Shown: piece by piece, positions 53,833-63,153 of the stretch
How the letters are laid out: each line of letters begins with the position of its first letter
How positions within the stretch are numbered: position 1 is the first letter of the stretch
Virus record (IMG/VR): IMGVR_UViG_3300046733_000629
Strand: one strand, 5' to 3'
From: a virus
Taxonomy: Duplodnaviria > Caudoviricetes
DNA length: 64,000 nucleotides
Translations under genes and position numbers: made by a program
The notes under the pieces: generated by a model
What the model was told of the DNA's origin: nothing
Seen by the model: only the letters and a program-made list of their open reading frames with translations
Database searches by the model: none

Positions 53833-54612
53833 TTGGAATACCTAACCAGTTCATTTGAAGACTTTAAAACGTTTGTACAAGAACAGTTTGTTCCTGCATG
53901 CGAATCACGAGGTTTACAACCACTATTAAAGGAACTAGACACTAACAAGCTAGCGGCAGTTCGCAGTCAAAACGGCGTTAAAACAGAAGTAAAATTAATA
54001 CGAGGCAACCTAAGTCTTATTGCTGGCTACGGTAATAGTCCTGAAGAACGTGATGTAATGCGAGAAGAATTAGCCAAACATGGACGTGAATGTATGCCTG
54101 GACGAGCATTGTTGCAGATGCCTTACAGAGATTTAGATGACTATTTCCTATTCCTAGAACAGTTGGAAGAAATAGATGCAATAGCTAAAGCAACACGTGC
54201 TAGTCAATACTTTACAAGAAGCTATGATCCATTAATGATTGCTAATAGGTATTTCTATGCAGTCCAAAACAAAGATCAAGATTTAATTAACATGAGCAGA
54301 ACTCTGTTGAGTGCAGATGGATACGACAGTGACATTGCTATTAACAAACCCAGTGAAACTAGAACCTACAGAGAACACGTGGTTCCTTGTATTAAGATAC
54401 ACACTGAGATTATGCGACGAGTTATGCTAACAGAAACCACACCCGAAGCTATAGCACAGTTTATCAAAGATAACCTAAAGATTGCTTATATAAGTGTAGC
54501 AGATAGACAACGCATTGACTTTGAATATAAATGGTTAACAGACATGCCCAAGGATTGGAATTGGGGTGACAACATAACCGCTAGACTAGACGAAACCAAT
54601 ACCAAATACTAG
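53833..54612 (+). CDS. Hypothetical protein; C-terminal REHVVP motif reminiscent of His-Me/HNH-like nucleases
   Basis: 259-aa ORF; TYREHVVPC...DMPKDW.WGD..ARL. Confidence 0.5.
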   Translation: MEYLTSSFEDFKTFVQEQFVPACESRGLQPLLKELDTNKLAAVRSQNGVKTEVKLIRGNLSLIAGYGNSPEERDVMREELAKHGRECMPGRALLQMPYRDLDDYFLFLEQLEEIDAIAKATRASQYFTRSYDPLMIANRYFYAVQNKDQDLINMSRTLLSADGYDSDIAINKPSETRTYREHVVPCIKIHTEIMRRVMLTETTPEAIAQFIKDNLKIAYISVADRQRIDFEYKWLTDMPKDWNWGDNITARLDETNTKY

Positions 54613-54627
54613 AAAGATCCAAACTAC

Positions 54628-54858
54628 ATGTATACAGTTGAATTTGAACATGATGAAGTCACAGTGACTATCTTAGATGATAATGGTGATTGTCCAGACT
54701 TGATTATAAATGCATTTGATGATGTTGTTTATATACGACAGTTTGAAGATGATAACCCAATGCCACAAGCAATTGCAGTTACACCTGCTATGTTTGAAGA
54801 TCTAATTAATTCACTAAACAGTCCAGAAGGTGCTTTTCGTACTATAACTAAGTCTTAA
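54628..54858 (+). CDS. Small acidic hypothetical protein
   Basis: MYTVEFEHDEVTVTILDD...VYIRQ... Confidence 0.6.
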   Translation: MYTVEFEHDEVTVTILDDNGDCPDLIINAFDDVVYIRQFEDDNPMPQAIAVTPAMFEDLINSLNSPEGAFRTITKS

Positions 54859-55189
54859 TAGGATGTAGGTTTTTGCTGGTAGGTTTACCACACATGCTTT
54901 TGCATATGCTAGGACAGCTGGTTGAACGACTTTGTAATTGACTCTTTAGGGTTTGCATTGTATCAGTTTTCATAACTCCTTCAATGCCTTTGGGATAGAA
55001 TACTAGATCCTTAGTGTCTAAATCGTTCGCACTCATCCAAACCAAAAACTCATCCCAATCTCTGGTATTGTTTACATAACAACAGGGTCTAAGATATCCA
55101 TCAGGACTAAGGAATACACTGTGACTGTCTTTGTGTTCTTCGTCCAAACATCTAGGATATATGTTTATTGGTTCGTCATTCGTTCCCAT
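54848..55189 (-). CDS. Stand-alone SPASM/twitch iron-sulfur domain protein
   Basis: YPRC...VFLSPDGYLRPCC...CPSICKSMC; own GGAGG SD. Confidence 0.75.
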   Translation of the reverse strand: MGTNDEPINIYPRCLDEEHKDSHSVFLSPDGYLRPCCYVNNTRDWDEFLVWMSANDLDTKDLVFYPKGIEGVMKTDTMQTLKSQLQSRSTSCPSICKSMCGKPTSKNLHPIKT

Positions 55190-55830
55190 TTATCCCTCCA
55201 CATTTGTAATTGTTCTGGAAATAGGTATTGAGGCATATCATCTACATTATCAAATGAATATGGTTTCCATCTAGTACTACGTCTAACTTGGAACCTTTCA
55301 AATCCTATTTCTTTTGCTAGTTGTCTAGCAGTTTCTGTTTGATGCTGATTGTATGGAAATTCAATCCATTTCCACAGTGTTGTAGGTTTATGTTTCATAC
55401 TCAACACCTGACTCATAGCATATTCAATATCACTCCATTTGCTACGTTTACGATATATATGGTTTGTATCTTCTAATCCATCTACACTAAACGTAAACAG
55501 AACTTTATCGTTTAATTCTAATTCGTGTATCTTATCCCATAACTCTGGTTTAGTATTGCTGGCATTGGTTTCTATTGTAAAACGTTTGCCTTGTTCCACA
55601 AACAATTGCATTATTTCTACAATCTTTGGGTGGTATATGGGATCTCCATAACAACCTACAAATTGATATTGCCAGAAGTCTGTTTCATAAGCTAACCAAC
55701 GCACATAATCGTAATCCATATGTCCGGTATTCCATTGTGGCTTTAGATGCTTTTGATAGTTACGTGGACAACCAGGACAACCCAATGTACAGATAGTTGT
55801 TAATTCAATTTCTAAGTTATTATAATTCAT
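55165..55830 (-). CDS. Radical SAM enzyme (core domain only)
   Basis: EIELTTICTLGCPGC, GCYGDPIYHP, IETNA, FSVDG...YR; start moved to MNYNN, 7 nt after ATAAATA. Confidence 0.88.
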   Translation of the reverse strand: MNYNNLEIELTTICTLGCPGCPRNYQKHLKPQWNTGHMDYDYVRWLAYETDFWQYQFVGCYGDPIYHPKIVEIMQLFVEQGKRFTIETNASNTKPELWDKIHELELNDKVLFTFSVDGLEDTNHIYRKRSKWSDIEYAMSQVLSMKHKPTTLWKWIEFPYNQHQTETARQLAKEIGFERFQVRRSTRWKPYSFDNVDDMPQYLFPEQLQMWRDKWERMTNQ

Positions 55831-55913
55831 TATGTAGTATTTATCATACAAAACATTAACATATGCTTTAATTCTGATAAATACAGTTGTAATTAACACA
55901 ATTAGAGAAATCA

Positions 55914-57413
55914 ATGAAAACAATATGGGGAATCAATACTGGCACACACGATGCTAGTATAACAGTGTTCGAACAAAGTAGAACAGGTAGTCTTAACATA
56001 GAATTTGCCGCACACGCTGAACGTAGCAGTAGAATTAAGAATGATAAACATCTTAATCCAACAGTTATCGGGCAAGCACTAGAGTATGGCGAACCAGATG
56101 AAATTTATCACTATGAACATGGATTACTAAAACGTGCAAGACAAGTATGGGCTGGGCAATACGATATAGCATTTAATAGACCAAGTATATCTACACAGTT
56201 ACAAAAAGTATATCCAGGATTAAACAAACGAATCAAACACAGTAAACATCATCATTCACATGCGGCCGCAGGCTATTACACTTCGCCGTTCTCAGATGCT
56301 AATGTTTTAGTATTAGATAGTATTGGTGAGTTTGAAACAGTAAGTATCTGGCAAGGTAACGGTCAATCATTGGATAAGACTTGGAGTCAGGGTTATCCAC
56401 ACAGTATTGGTTTGTGGTACAGTGCAATGACTCAACGTATAGGACTTAAACCAAACGAAGATGAATACATATTAATGGGTTGGGCAGCAATTGGTGACCC
56501 AGATAGATTCAAAGAAAAAATATGGCACGACTTCTTCCATCCTATTAAACATTCAGAACCAGCAGTAAGACTAAGACATAATTTACACAGAGGTTGCAGT
56601 TGGTGGGCACCAGAGCTTAACACTGTACAAGACTTTGCAGACATTGCGGCAGGAACTCAAGCAGTGTACGAAAGAATATTTAGACACTATTGCAATTACA
56701 TTAGAACACATACACCTAGTGAGAACCTAGTTGTTATGGGTGGGTGTGCTTTGAATTGTGTTGCTAACAGTATAGCCAAAGAATATTTCAGGGAAGTATG
56801 GATAATGCCTAACCCAGGTGACGCAGGCAGTAGTTTAGGAACTGTATTGGCCGCTAAGAATAAGTTTGTACATTTTAATAATCCTTATTTGGGATACAAT
56901 ATATCTGGAGCATATCCAGTTCAAAGTGCATTAAAAGAATTACATTCAAAAAGAGTTGTAGGTGTTGCTAACGGTCGTGCAGAGTTTGGCCCTAGAGCTT
57001 TAGGTAATAGAAGTTTATTTGCTGACCCACGTGGAAACGATATCAAGCACTTGGTTAATCAAACAAAACGTAGACAAGAATTTAGACCATTTGCTCCTGT
57101 GATACTAGAAGAATATGCAAGCGAATACTTTAATGGACCAGTTGGACCATTTATGCAGTTCACTAGTGTATGTTTGAATCCAAAAGGATTTCCTGCTATT
57201 GCTCATTATGATAATACAAGCAGAGTTCAAACAGTAAACAAATATCAACATCCTAAGTTGCATGAACTATTAACACTTTGGCACGAAGATACTAATTGTC
57301 CAATGTTATTAAATACTAGTTTAAACATCAAAGGTGAACCAATGGTAGATACAGAAGAAGATGCACAAAGGTGGCACAAGCAATATGGAGTGAAAGTCTT
57401 TACACATGACTAA
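55914..57413 (+). CDS. O-carbamoyltransferase (NodU/CmcH/TobZ family)
   Basis: HDAS, ERSSRIKND, HHHSHAAAGYYTSPF, LDSIGE, GGCALNCVAN, PGDAGSSLG, GRAEFGPRALGNRS, EFRPFAP, LLNTSLN. Confidence 0.95.
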   Translation: MKTIWGINTGTHDASITVFEQSRTGSLNIEFAAHAERSSRIKNDKHLNPTVIGQALEYGEPDEIYHYEHGLLKRARQVWAGQYDIAFNRPSISTQLQKVYPGLNKRIKHSKHHHSHAAAGYYTSPFSDANVLVLDSIGEFETVSIWQGNGQSLDKTWSQGYPHSIGLWYSAMTQRIGLKPNEDEYILMGWAAIGDPDRFKEKIWHDFFHPIKHSEPAVRLRHNLHRGCSWWAPELNTVQDFADIAAGTQAVYERIFRHYCNYIRTHTPSENLVVMGGCALNCVANSIAKEYFREVWIMPNPGDAGSSLGTVLAAKNKFVHFNNPYLGYNISGAYPVQSALKELHSKRVVGVANGRAEFGPRALGNRSLFADPRGNDIKHLVNQTKRRQEFRPFAPVILEEYASEYFNGPVGPFMQFTSVCLNPKGFPAIAHYDNTSRVQTVNKYQHPKLHELLTLWHEDTNCPMLLNTSLNIKGEPMVDTEEDAQRWHKQYGVKVFTHD

Positions 57414-58248
57414 TAGATTTGATTCAGCAGGTTACACAGAAAAAGCAATGTCTGATAATTGTATTGCAGTAAAAAGAGATGTAGAAAGAGGACAACATCC
57501 ATTTCTAGTTGATGCACTCTCATCTGTAGATAATTTAACAAAGTCAAGACAACAACAATTAAGTTTATGTGAGCTTGGAATAGGTGGTGGCGGTGCTCAT
57601 GCATTGTTGTATCAATTTACCCAAGACACACATGTACTAGGTGTAGACTTGTTTCATAAAGATCATTTAGAACATTATAAGACTACAAGCAAAAGAGACT
57701 ATTTTTTAAAAAACCATAAACGATTGTCAGCTGATCAAGACTGTTCATTAAGATGTTGCTCCGAAGTTAAAAGACAAAAAGATCTAAAACCAAATAGAAA
57801 AGAATCATTGTTTCATGGAATGGATGCATATCAAATATCAACAGCAAAACATTTAGTAAAAGTAAATGGTGCTAAGTTAGATTATGTAAATGATGATGCA
57901 GCACCTTACTTGGGAGCATTAAATGGATTAATGGATGCTTATAAAGATTCAATAAGCGATCAAGGAATATTAATATCCACTGGACCATTTGGTAATGGAA
58001 CACCAGACTCATATGCTCGTTGGGAAAGTGGACAATACTTAGAAGACTGTCAAGAGCTTGCTAAACAGGGCTTTGTGATATTTGATATGACTGAATATAG
58101 ACATCATCGTAAAGCAGATGCTCAGCCAACAGGTTACATACTATCAATTGTTGCGGCATGGACTCCAAACTTTAATAACTATAATGATTTATTTGTTAAA
58201 TACGAACATAACATAACACACGGTAAGGATAATTGGAAAAATGATTAA
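57406..58248 (+). CDS. Class I SAM-dependent methyltransferase-like protein
   Basis: LCELGIGGGG (motif I), VLGVDL, LDYVNDD. Confidence 0.5.
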   Translation: MTNRFDSAGYTEKAMSDNCIAVKRDVERGQHPFLVDALSSVDNLTKSRQQQLSLCELGIGGGGAHALLYQFTQDTHVLGVDLFHKDHLEHYKTTSKRDYFLKNHKRLSADQDCSLRCCSEVKRQKDLKPNRKESLFHGMDAYQISTAKHLVKVNGAKLDYVNDDAAPYLGALNGLMDAYKDSISDQGILISTGPFGNGTPDSYARWESGQYLEDCQELAKQGFVIFDMTEYRHHRKADAQPTGYILSIVAAWTPNFNNYNDLFVKYEHNITHGKDNWKND

Positions 58249-58345
58249 CTGGATAAGAACTAAAATAGCAGAGTGGAAATACAAACGTATGATGAAAAAG
58301 AAGCTGAAAGACATGGCTGATAAAGATCCATTCATATACGATTAA
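58241..58345 (+). CDS. Small basic protein (34 aa)
   Basis: MINWIRTKIAEWKYKRMMKKKLKDMADKDPFIYD; coupled start. Confidence 0.5.
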   Translation: MINWIRTKIAEWKYKRMMKKKLKDMADKDPFIYD

Positions 58346-58357
58346 AGGAAAATAACA

Positions 58358-58573
58358 ATGATAAGTTTATGCGTTTCACTATGCAGTAACATAGACGGCC
58401 AATGTACAGGTTGTGGCAGAACTATGAAAGAGAAGAAAGAATGGAAGCTCGCTGATGGTGACGAAGTAATACATAAACGTATTGCTGAATCTGCTAGTGC
58501 AAGGCTAACAGAACAACAATTAAAAACCTGGAACAAACTATATAACAAAAAAGTGGAGAGAATAAATGAGTAA
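58358..58573 (+). CDS. DUF1289-like Cys-rich protein
   Basis: SLCVSLC..IDGQCTGCGRT..E...W. Confidence 0.75.
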   Translation: MISLCVSLCSNIDGQCTGCGRTMKEKKEWKLADGDEVIHKRIAESASARLTEQQLKTWNKLYNKKVERINE

Positions 58574-58668
58574 GTTTATTAAGTCATGGACTGCCTTTAC
58601 TAAAGATAGTAAAGTAGGAAATGCTATTATGAAAAATATAGAGGAAAAATCTCAAAAGGAGAAAGACA

Positions 58669-58866
58669 ATGATTAAAAACTTAAAAGATTTAATAATTGT
58701 AGCATTGGTAGTTGGAGTATTATCATTGCTAGGAGTTATTATTGTAGGCGACTACTATGTTGCATTACAAGAAAATAGACCAGTGGACGAGAGTGTTATT
58801 ACACTAATGAAGATGGCACTAACAGGATTAATTGGTATTATTGCTGGTTATATTGGTAGTAAGTAA
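58669..58866 (+). CDS. Two-TM membrane protein (holin-like topology)
   Basis: Two hydrophobic segments flanking ENRPVDES; AAGGAGA SD. Confidence 0.55.
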   Translation: MIKNLKDLIIVALVVGVLSLLGVIIVGDYYVALQENRPVDESVITLMKMALTGLIGIIAGYIGSK

Positions 58867-58886
58867 TAAAAAGCTACATGAATCGC

Positions 58887-58914
58887 TTGACATTTTATTA
58901 TAAAAGTGTATAAT
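58887..58914 (+). promoter_or_regulatory. Sigma70 promoter
   Basis: TTGACA-16 nt-TATAAT. Confidence 0.7.
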
Positions 58915-58936
58915 AAAGGTTAACAAAGGAAAAATA

Positions 58937-59071
58937 ATGGGATATTTTTTATTAGGAATACTTATTGGCTGGCTTGTGCCTAGACCGAAGATTATTGGTA
59001 AAGCAGAAGCGGCTATATGGAATCCAATCAAATCAAAGCTACCAAAGAGTGTTACTAAACACTTTGGCTAA
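58937..59071 (+). CDS. Small membrane-anchored protein (44 aa)
   Basis: MGYFLLGILIGWLVPRP...; AAGGA SD. Confidence 0.5.
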   Translation: MGYFLLGILIGWLVPRPKIIGKAEAAIWNPIKSKLPKSVTKHFG

Positions 59072-59085
59072 ACAAAAGGAATAAC

Positions 59086-59259
59086 ATGACACATCAAAAG
59101 ATAGTAGAAGCTTTCCAAGCATATACAGTAGAACATGAAGCATGGGAAGACAAGGGCGTTAAAGCGGCCGCGGCTAGAGCTAGAAAAGCACTAGGTGAGT
59201 TAGGTAAACTAACTAAAGAAAGACGTAAAGAAATACAAGAAAAAAAGAACGCAATGTAA
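59086..59259 (+). CDS. Histone H1-like (Hc1-family) basic protein, 57 aa, not in the ORF track
   Basis: MTHQKIVEAFQAYTVEHEAWEDKGVKAAAARARKALGELGKLTKERRKEIQEKKNAM; the K.AA.RARK.L.EL.K..K..RKE pattern of the Hc1 N-terminal domain. Confidence 0.75.
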   Translation: MTHQKIVEAFQAYTVEHEAWEDKGVKAAAARARKALGELGKLTKERRKEIQEKKNAM

Positions 59260-59271
59260 CCACGGAGGGTT

Positions 59272-59466
59272 ATGGGAAGAAAGTTAACAATAGAACTAAC
59301 TGATGGTAAAGAATACAACGAAACCAAAGAAGGTTTAAGTTTAAAGAAAATACTAAAATCTGTTAGTTCAGCAGTACCAAAGGGTACTAAGGAAGTAAAA
59401 GTTCAGTACGTAAATAGAAAAGGTACTGAGATAGATAGATGGGTAAAGGTACCAACACAGTCTTAA
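59272..59466 (+). CDS. Small basic hypothetical protein
   Basis: 64 aa; GGAGG SD. Confidence 0.6.
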   Translation: MGRKLTIELTDGKEYNETKEGLSLKKILKSVSSAVPKGTKEVKVQYVNRKGTEIDRWVKVPTQS

Positions 59467-59609
59467 TAATAGCATTACTAATTATGCTTACAGGTTGTGG
59501 ACCTACATTGTTTAACGTAGGTGGGTTCGGAATTACCACAGGCGATATTGCTGGTAGTGTAGTTAAGAAAAAAGTATTATCAGCAAACAAGCCCAAAGAT
59601 GAAGAGTAA
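59439..59609 (+). CDS. Small lipoprotein (56 aa), not in the ORF track
   Basis: MGKGTNTVLIIALLIMLTGC|GPT...: basic N-terminus, hydrophobic core, LTGC lipobox. Confidence 0.55.
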   Translation: MGKGTNTVLIIALLIMLTGCGPTLFNVGGFGITTGDIAGSVVKKKVLSANKPKDEE

Positions 59610-59799
59610 GAAAAGAGTAATGCACAGAAAGTTATTAGATGGTACTGAAGTACCTGAGTTTGATATTCAAATTGAACTCAAAGTAAGCACAAAATGTCCA
59701 GGCAAATATAAGTTAGTTGATCTTGAAACTGGTCAAGAATATATTGGACAAGTTAGAACCAAGGAAGATCCTTATTATTGGAAGTTACTAAATGAATAA
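59599..59799 (+). CDS. Small hypothetical protein
   Basis: TKCPGKYKLVDLETGQEYIG motif. Confidence 0.6.
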   Translation: MKSKKRVMHRKLLDGTEVPEFDIQIELKVSTKCPGKYKLVDLETGQEYIGQVRTKEDPYYWKLLNE

Positions 59800-60475
59800 A
59801 AAAATATTAGAACAATTAAGCATTATGTTTCAAGCAAGTCCTCAACTTATGCGAGACAATGAGTTACTATCTAAAGCAATTAGTGGTACATTTGGTGTAG
59901 AGCTGAATACAGAGTTCACTGACATAATTGCGTTAGCAGATAAAATACATCATGCAGTGCTAGAAAACTATTTTAGTAAAGTATGGCAACCACACACTAA
60001 GAAATACAAATACAGTGGACTATCAATTGTTGACGAAGTTAATGGATTAAATCCATTAAACGTATTAGACTTAGGTTGTGGTTATAACGAGTTCAAAGGA
60101 AAGATTAAAAACTTAGTTGGAGTTGATCCTTATAATAAAAAAGCAGACATTACATCAAACATATTAGATCATGTTGGAGAAAAACCATATGATGTTGTTA
60201 TTTGTCTTGGAAGTATTAACTTTGGAAGTGTTGATAAAATTTACAACGAACTTGAACATGCAGTTAAAATTACAAAGCCAAGTGGATTGCTTTACTTTAG
60301 AGCTAACCCAGGCAGACAACACGAAGCAATGGAAGCTAAGTGGATTGAATTTTTTAATTGGAACAGCGAATTTATAATTAACAGTGCAGGTCAGCTGAAC
60401 TGTTCTATTGTAGAGCTTAGACAAGAAATGGGTGAACGTGGTTCACGATATTACTTTGTCTTAAAAAAGAATTAA
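59792..60475 (+). CDS. Class I SAM-dependent methyltransferase
   Basis: VLDLGCG, GVDP, YDVVICLGSINF, KPSGLLYFR. Confidence 0.82.
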   Translation: MNKKILEQLSIMFQASPQLMRDNELLSKAISGTFGVELNTEFTDIIALADKIHHAVLENYFSKVWQPHTKKYKYSGLSIVDEVNGLNPLNVLDLGCGYNEFKGKIKNLVGVDPYNKKADITSNILDHVGEKPYDVVICLGSINFGSVDKIYNELEHAVKITKPSGLLYFRANPGRQHEAMEAKWIEFFNWNSEFIINSAGQLNCSIVELRQEMGERGSRYYFVLKKN

Positions 60476-60492
60476 CATAAATTGGAGAAGTA

Positions 60493-61944
60493 ATGTTTGA
60501 AATCATAGCCGCGATTTTAGCCGGCACATTTTACGGACTGATTGTTGGCATCATACCTAGTGCAGGTGCTACAACAGGCCTTGTTGCCTTATTTGGATTC
60601 ATAGGTTGGTTTACAGCCTTTGATCCTTACCTGGGTGTAATATTTGTAATGGCAGTTGTTGCTGCCAGTACTACCGGAGATAGCTTCAGTGGAGTCCTCT
60701 TAGGTATTCCAGGTGCCAATAGTGCAGCCGCAACAATGGTAGATGGATTTCCATTAGCATTACAAGGCAGAGCTACATATGCATTGACAGCCGCAATAAC
60801 AGTATCAACTGTTAATGGACTCTTATGGGGAACGTTAACGTTTGCATTGTTACCGTGGTATAGTAATTTAATTATGATATTTGGTATTCCAGAACTCTGG
60901 GCCTTTGTGTTATTAGCATTGGCCACTGTTGGTTTTGTCAGCACAAAGTTTTGGGTAAGAAGTATAGTTGCAATTGCTATTGGATTCTATGTAGGACTTA
61001 TTGGAATGGATCCAGAAACAGCCGCAGACAGATACACATTTGGTTGGGACTATCTAGCAGATAGTGTACAAATTATGCCATTTGTAGCAGGGCTGTTTGC
61101 AGTACCCGAAATACTTGATGGGTTATTTAAAAAAGGGAAAGTTGCAAGTATCAAAACTTCTCAAAAAGGCCAAACATGGGAAGGCATTCAAGCATCTTGG
61201 AAATACAAATGGGATGGATTGCGTGGTGGACTAATTGGTGCATTTATTGGCTTCCTTCCTGGATTAGGTGGAGCAATGAGTGATTGGATGGCATATGGTG
61301 CAACCACAGCCATGAATCAAAATGAAAAGATTCCTTTTGGTAAAGGAAATATTAAAGGTGTTATTGGACCGGAAGGCTCTAATAATGCACAGAAAGCAAC
61401 GTCAATGATTCCAACAGTATTGTTTGGAATTCCAGGTGCAAGTTTTGCGGCCATTGTTATGGCTCTATTCATGTACTTAGACTTTGAACTTGGTACACCC
61501 GACCTAGTTTATGACACAAAGTTCTTTGACAGTTTGTTTATTGGGTTTATGGGTGCTACAGTTGCAGTCTGTTTCTTTTGTTTAGTTTTTACTAGATGGA
61601 TTGCAATGATTACGTATGTTCCTTATTGGGTATACGGTCCACTTTTACTAGTTTTTGTTACGTGGGCTTGTGTTCAATATACAGGAGGATGGGAAGACTA
61701 TGTAGTATTACTCATATTCAGTGTCATTGGTATAGCTTGTAAGTACTTGAAGTTTAGTAGACCAGCTATGTTAATGGGTTTCATTCTTGCGGACAGGATT
61801 GAATCATTAACCTTACAAATGTTTGGTTTGTATACGCCAGATAAACTCTTAGATAGACCAATCTTTCTTGGATTAATGGTAGCAGTAATTGCTATGTTTA
61901 TCTATGGAGTTTTCATTAATAAACAAAGACTAGACTATTCGTAA
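60493..61944 (+). CDS. tctA: Tripartite tricarboxylate transporter large subunit
   Basis: G..VGIIP..GA, LLGIPG...AAATMVDGFPLA, GAFIGFLPGLGG, GVIGPEGSNNA, P..LFGIPG; many TM segments. Confidence 0.92.
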   Translation: MFEIIAAILAGTFYGLIVGIIPSAGATTGLVALFGFIGWFTAFDPYLGVIFVMAVVAASTTGDSFSGVLLGIPGANSAAATMVDGFPLALQGRATYALTAAITVSTVNGLLWGTLTFALLPWYSNLIMIFGIPELWAFVLLALATVGFVSTKFWVRSIVAIAIGFYVGLIGMDPETAADRYTFGWDYLADSVQIMPFVAGLFAVPEILDGLFKKGKVASIKTSQKGQTWEGIQASWKYKWDGLRGGLIGAFIGFLPGLGGAMSDWMAYGATTAMNQNEKIPFGKGNIKGVIGPEGSNNAQKATSMIPTVLFGIPGASFAAIVMALFMYLDFELGTPDLVYDTKFFDSLFIGFMGATVAVCFFCLVFTRWIAMITYVPYWVYGPLLLVFVTWACVQYTGGWEDYVVLLIFSVIGIACKYLKFSRPAMLMGFILADRIESLTLQMFGLYTPDKLLDRPIFLGLMVAVIAMFIYGVFINKQRLDYS

Positions 61945-61973
61945 TCATAAAATATAAAAACAATAAGATTTGG

Positions 61974-62002
61974 TTGACAACTCTTTAAATGTACTATAAT
62001 AT
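61974..62002 (+). promoter_or_regulatory. Sigma70 promoter for the tctC-like gene
   Basis: TTGACA-17 nt-TAATAT (TATAAT at 15 nt). Confidence 0.65.
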
Positions 62003-62034
62003 ATGCTTACTTTAACTTAAAGGAGAATACAATA

Positions 62035-63093
62035 ATGTTAAAAAGACTTTTAACGGTAGTGGCACTTGTGGCTACTATGACAACATCAGCATTTGCTGAT
62101 ATCACACTTGTTGTTCCTCAGAAACCTGGTTCTGGAACTACTGTTTGGACAGAAATTGTTGCCAAGCAATTAGAACCATTTCTAGGTGAGAAGATCAACA
62201 TTAAACTAATTCCGGGTGCTAGAGATATTCCTGGTGTTAACAAATGGCATAACGAAATGCGTGATATGGACGATCACTTTATGGTAACACATGGTGGTAA
62301 CGGCGTATCGTTTTTAGCAGATAAAGTTGACTATAACTATGCTGAATATGAGTCAATTGGACTTATGAACTTGAACATCATTGCGGCACACCGTACTGAT
62401 GCAGATAAGAATAAGCCAAGCTTCTCATCAGGCTCAGGCATGGTACCAGAAGCATTTGCAATGACTTTGCTTATTTGTGGTCCAGACAAAAGCATGGATG
62501 AATACATTGCTTGTTTCAAAGACAATGTAAATTGGGTAAAAGGAATGAAAGGTTCAGAAAGACGTTTAGCATTTAAACGTGGTGAACTTTCAGGAACAAG
62601 AGAAAACCCAGCGGCTTTCAAAAAGCATGCACAGCCAACAATCGATGCAGGTGATGCAGAACTTTGGTTCCATCATGGTATCCTTGATGCGGCAAACGCA
62701 AGACACAACGATGACCCTAACTATCCAGGTTATCAACTTGAAATCCTATTTGAACAAAAATGGGGTGTAGCACCTAGTGGTGAATTCTACAATGCATATG
62801 TACTTGTAAAATCATTCCGTGATGGTCTACAAAAAGCAATTTGGGCGGCAAAAGGAAATCCTAACGCAGAGAAACTAAGAGTAGCTCTTACTAAAATGTC
62901 ACAGGATCCAGATGCAACAGCGGCTATTGCTAAGAAAGTTGGAAACTACGAATGGTTAATTGGTGGCGCAGGCGACCAACAACGTGATACACTAATGACA
63001 TTCATTACTGAAGATGCGTTGAAAAACCTAGTACGTTTTAATGTAGAAGCTTTAGATCTAAAAGCAATCTACAAACCAAACTTACTTGACTAA
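62035..63093 (+). CDS. tctC: Tripartite tricarboxylate transporter periplasmic substrate-binding protein (TctC/Bug-like)
   Basis: Signal peptide ending AFA|D; ITLVVPQKPGSGT, I...PGA..., G....RLAF.RGE; follows tctA. Confidence 0.8.
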   Translation: MLKRLLTVVALVATMTTSAFADITLVVPQKPGSGTTVWTEIVAKQLEPFLGEKINIKLIPGARDIPGVNKWHNEMRDMDDHFMVTHGGNGVSFLADKVDYNYAEYESIGLMNLNIIAAHRTDADKNKPSFSSGSGMVPEAFAMTLLICGPDKSMDEYIACFKDNVNWVKGMKGSERRLAFKRGELSGTRENPAAFKKHAQPTIDAGDAELWFHHGILDAANARHNDDPNYPGYQLEILFEQKWGVAPSGEFYNAYVLVKSFRDGLQKAIWAAKGNPNAEKLRVALTKMSQDPDATAAIAKKVGNYEWLIGGAGDQQRDTLMTFITEDALKNLVRFNVEALDLKAIYKPNLLD

Positions 63094-63112
63094 TTTTAAA
63101 ATATAAGAAAGA

Positions 63113-63138
63113 GGGCGGCAGAGATGTCGCCTTTTTTT
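63113..63138 (+). terminator. Intrinsic terminator
   Basis: GGCGGCA-GAGA-UGUCGCC hairpin (GNRA loop) followed by U7. Confidence 0.85.
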
Positions 63139-63153
63139 GTGGCTAAATACAAC

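Noticed and set aside
55165-55195. Programmed -1 frameshift joining the radical SAM and SPASM ORFs
   Set aside because: No X XXY YYZ slippery heptamer in the overlap; the SPASM frame has its own SD and a stop immediately before its ATG.
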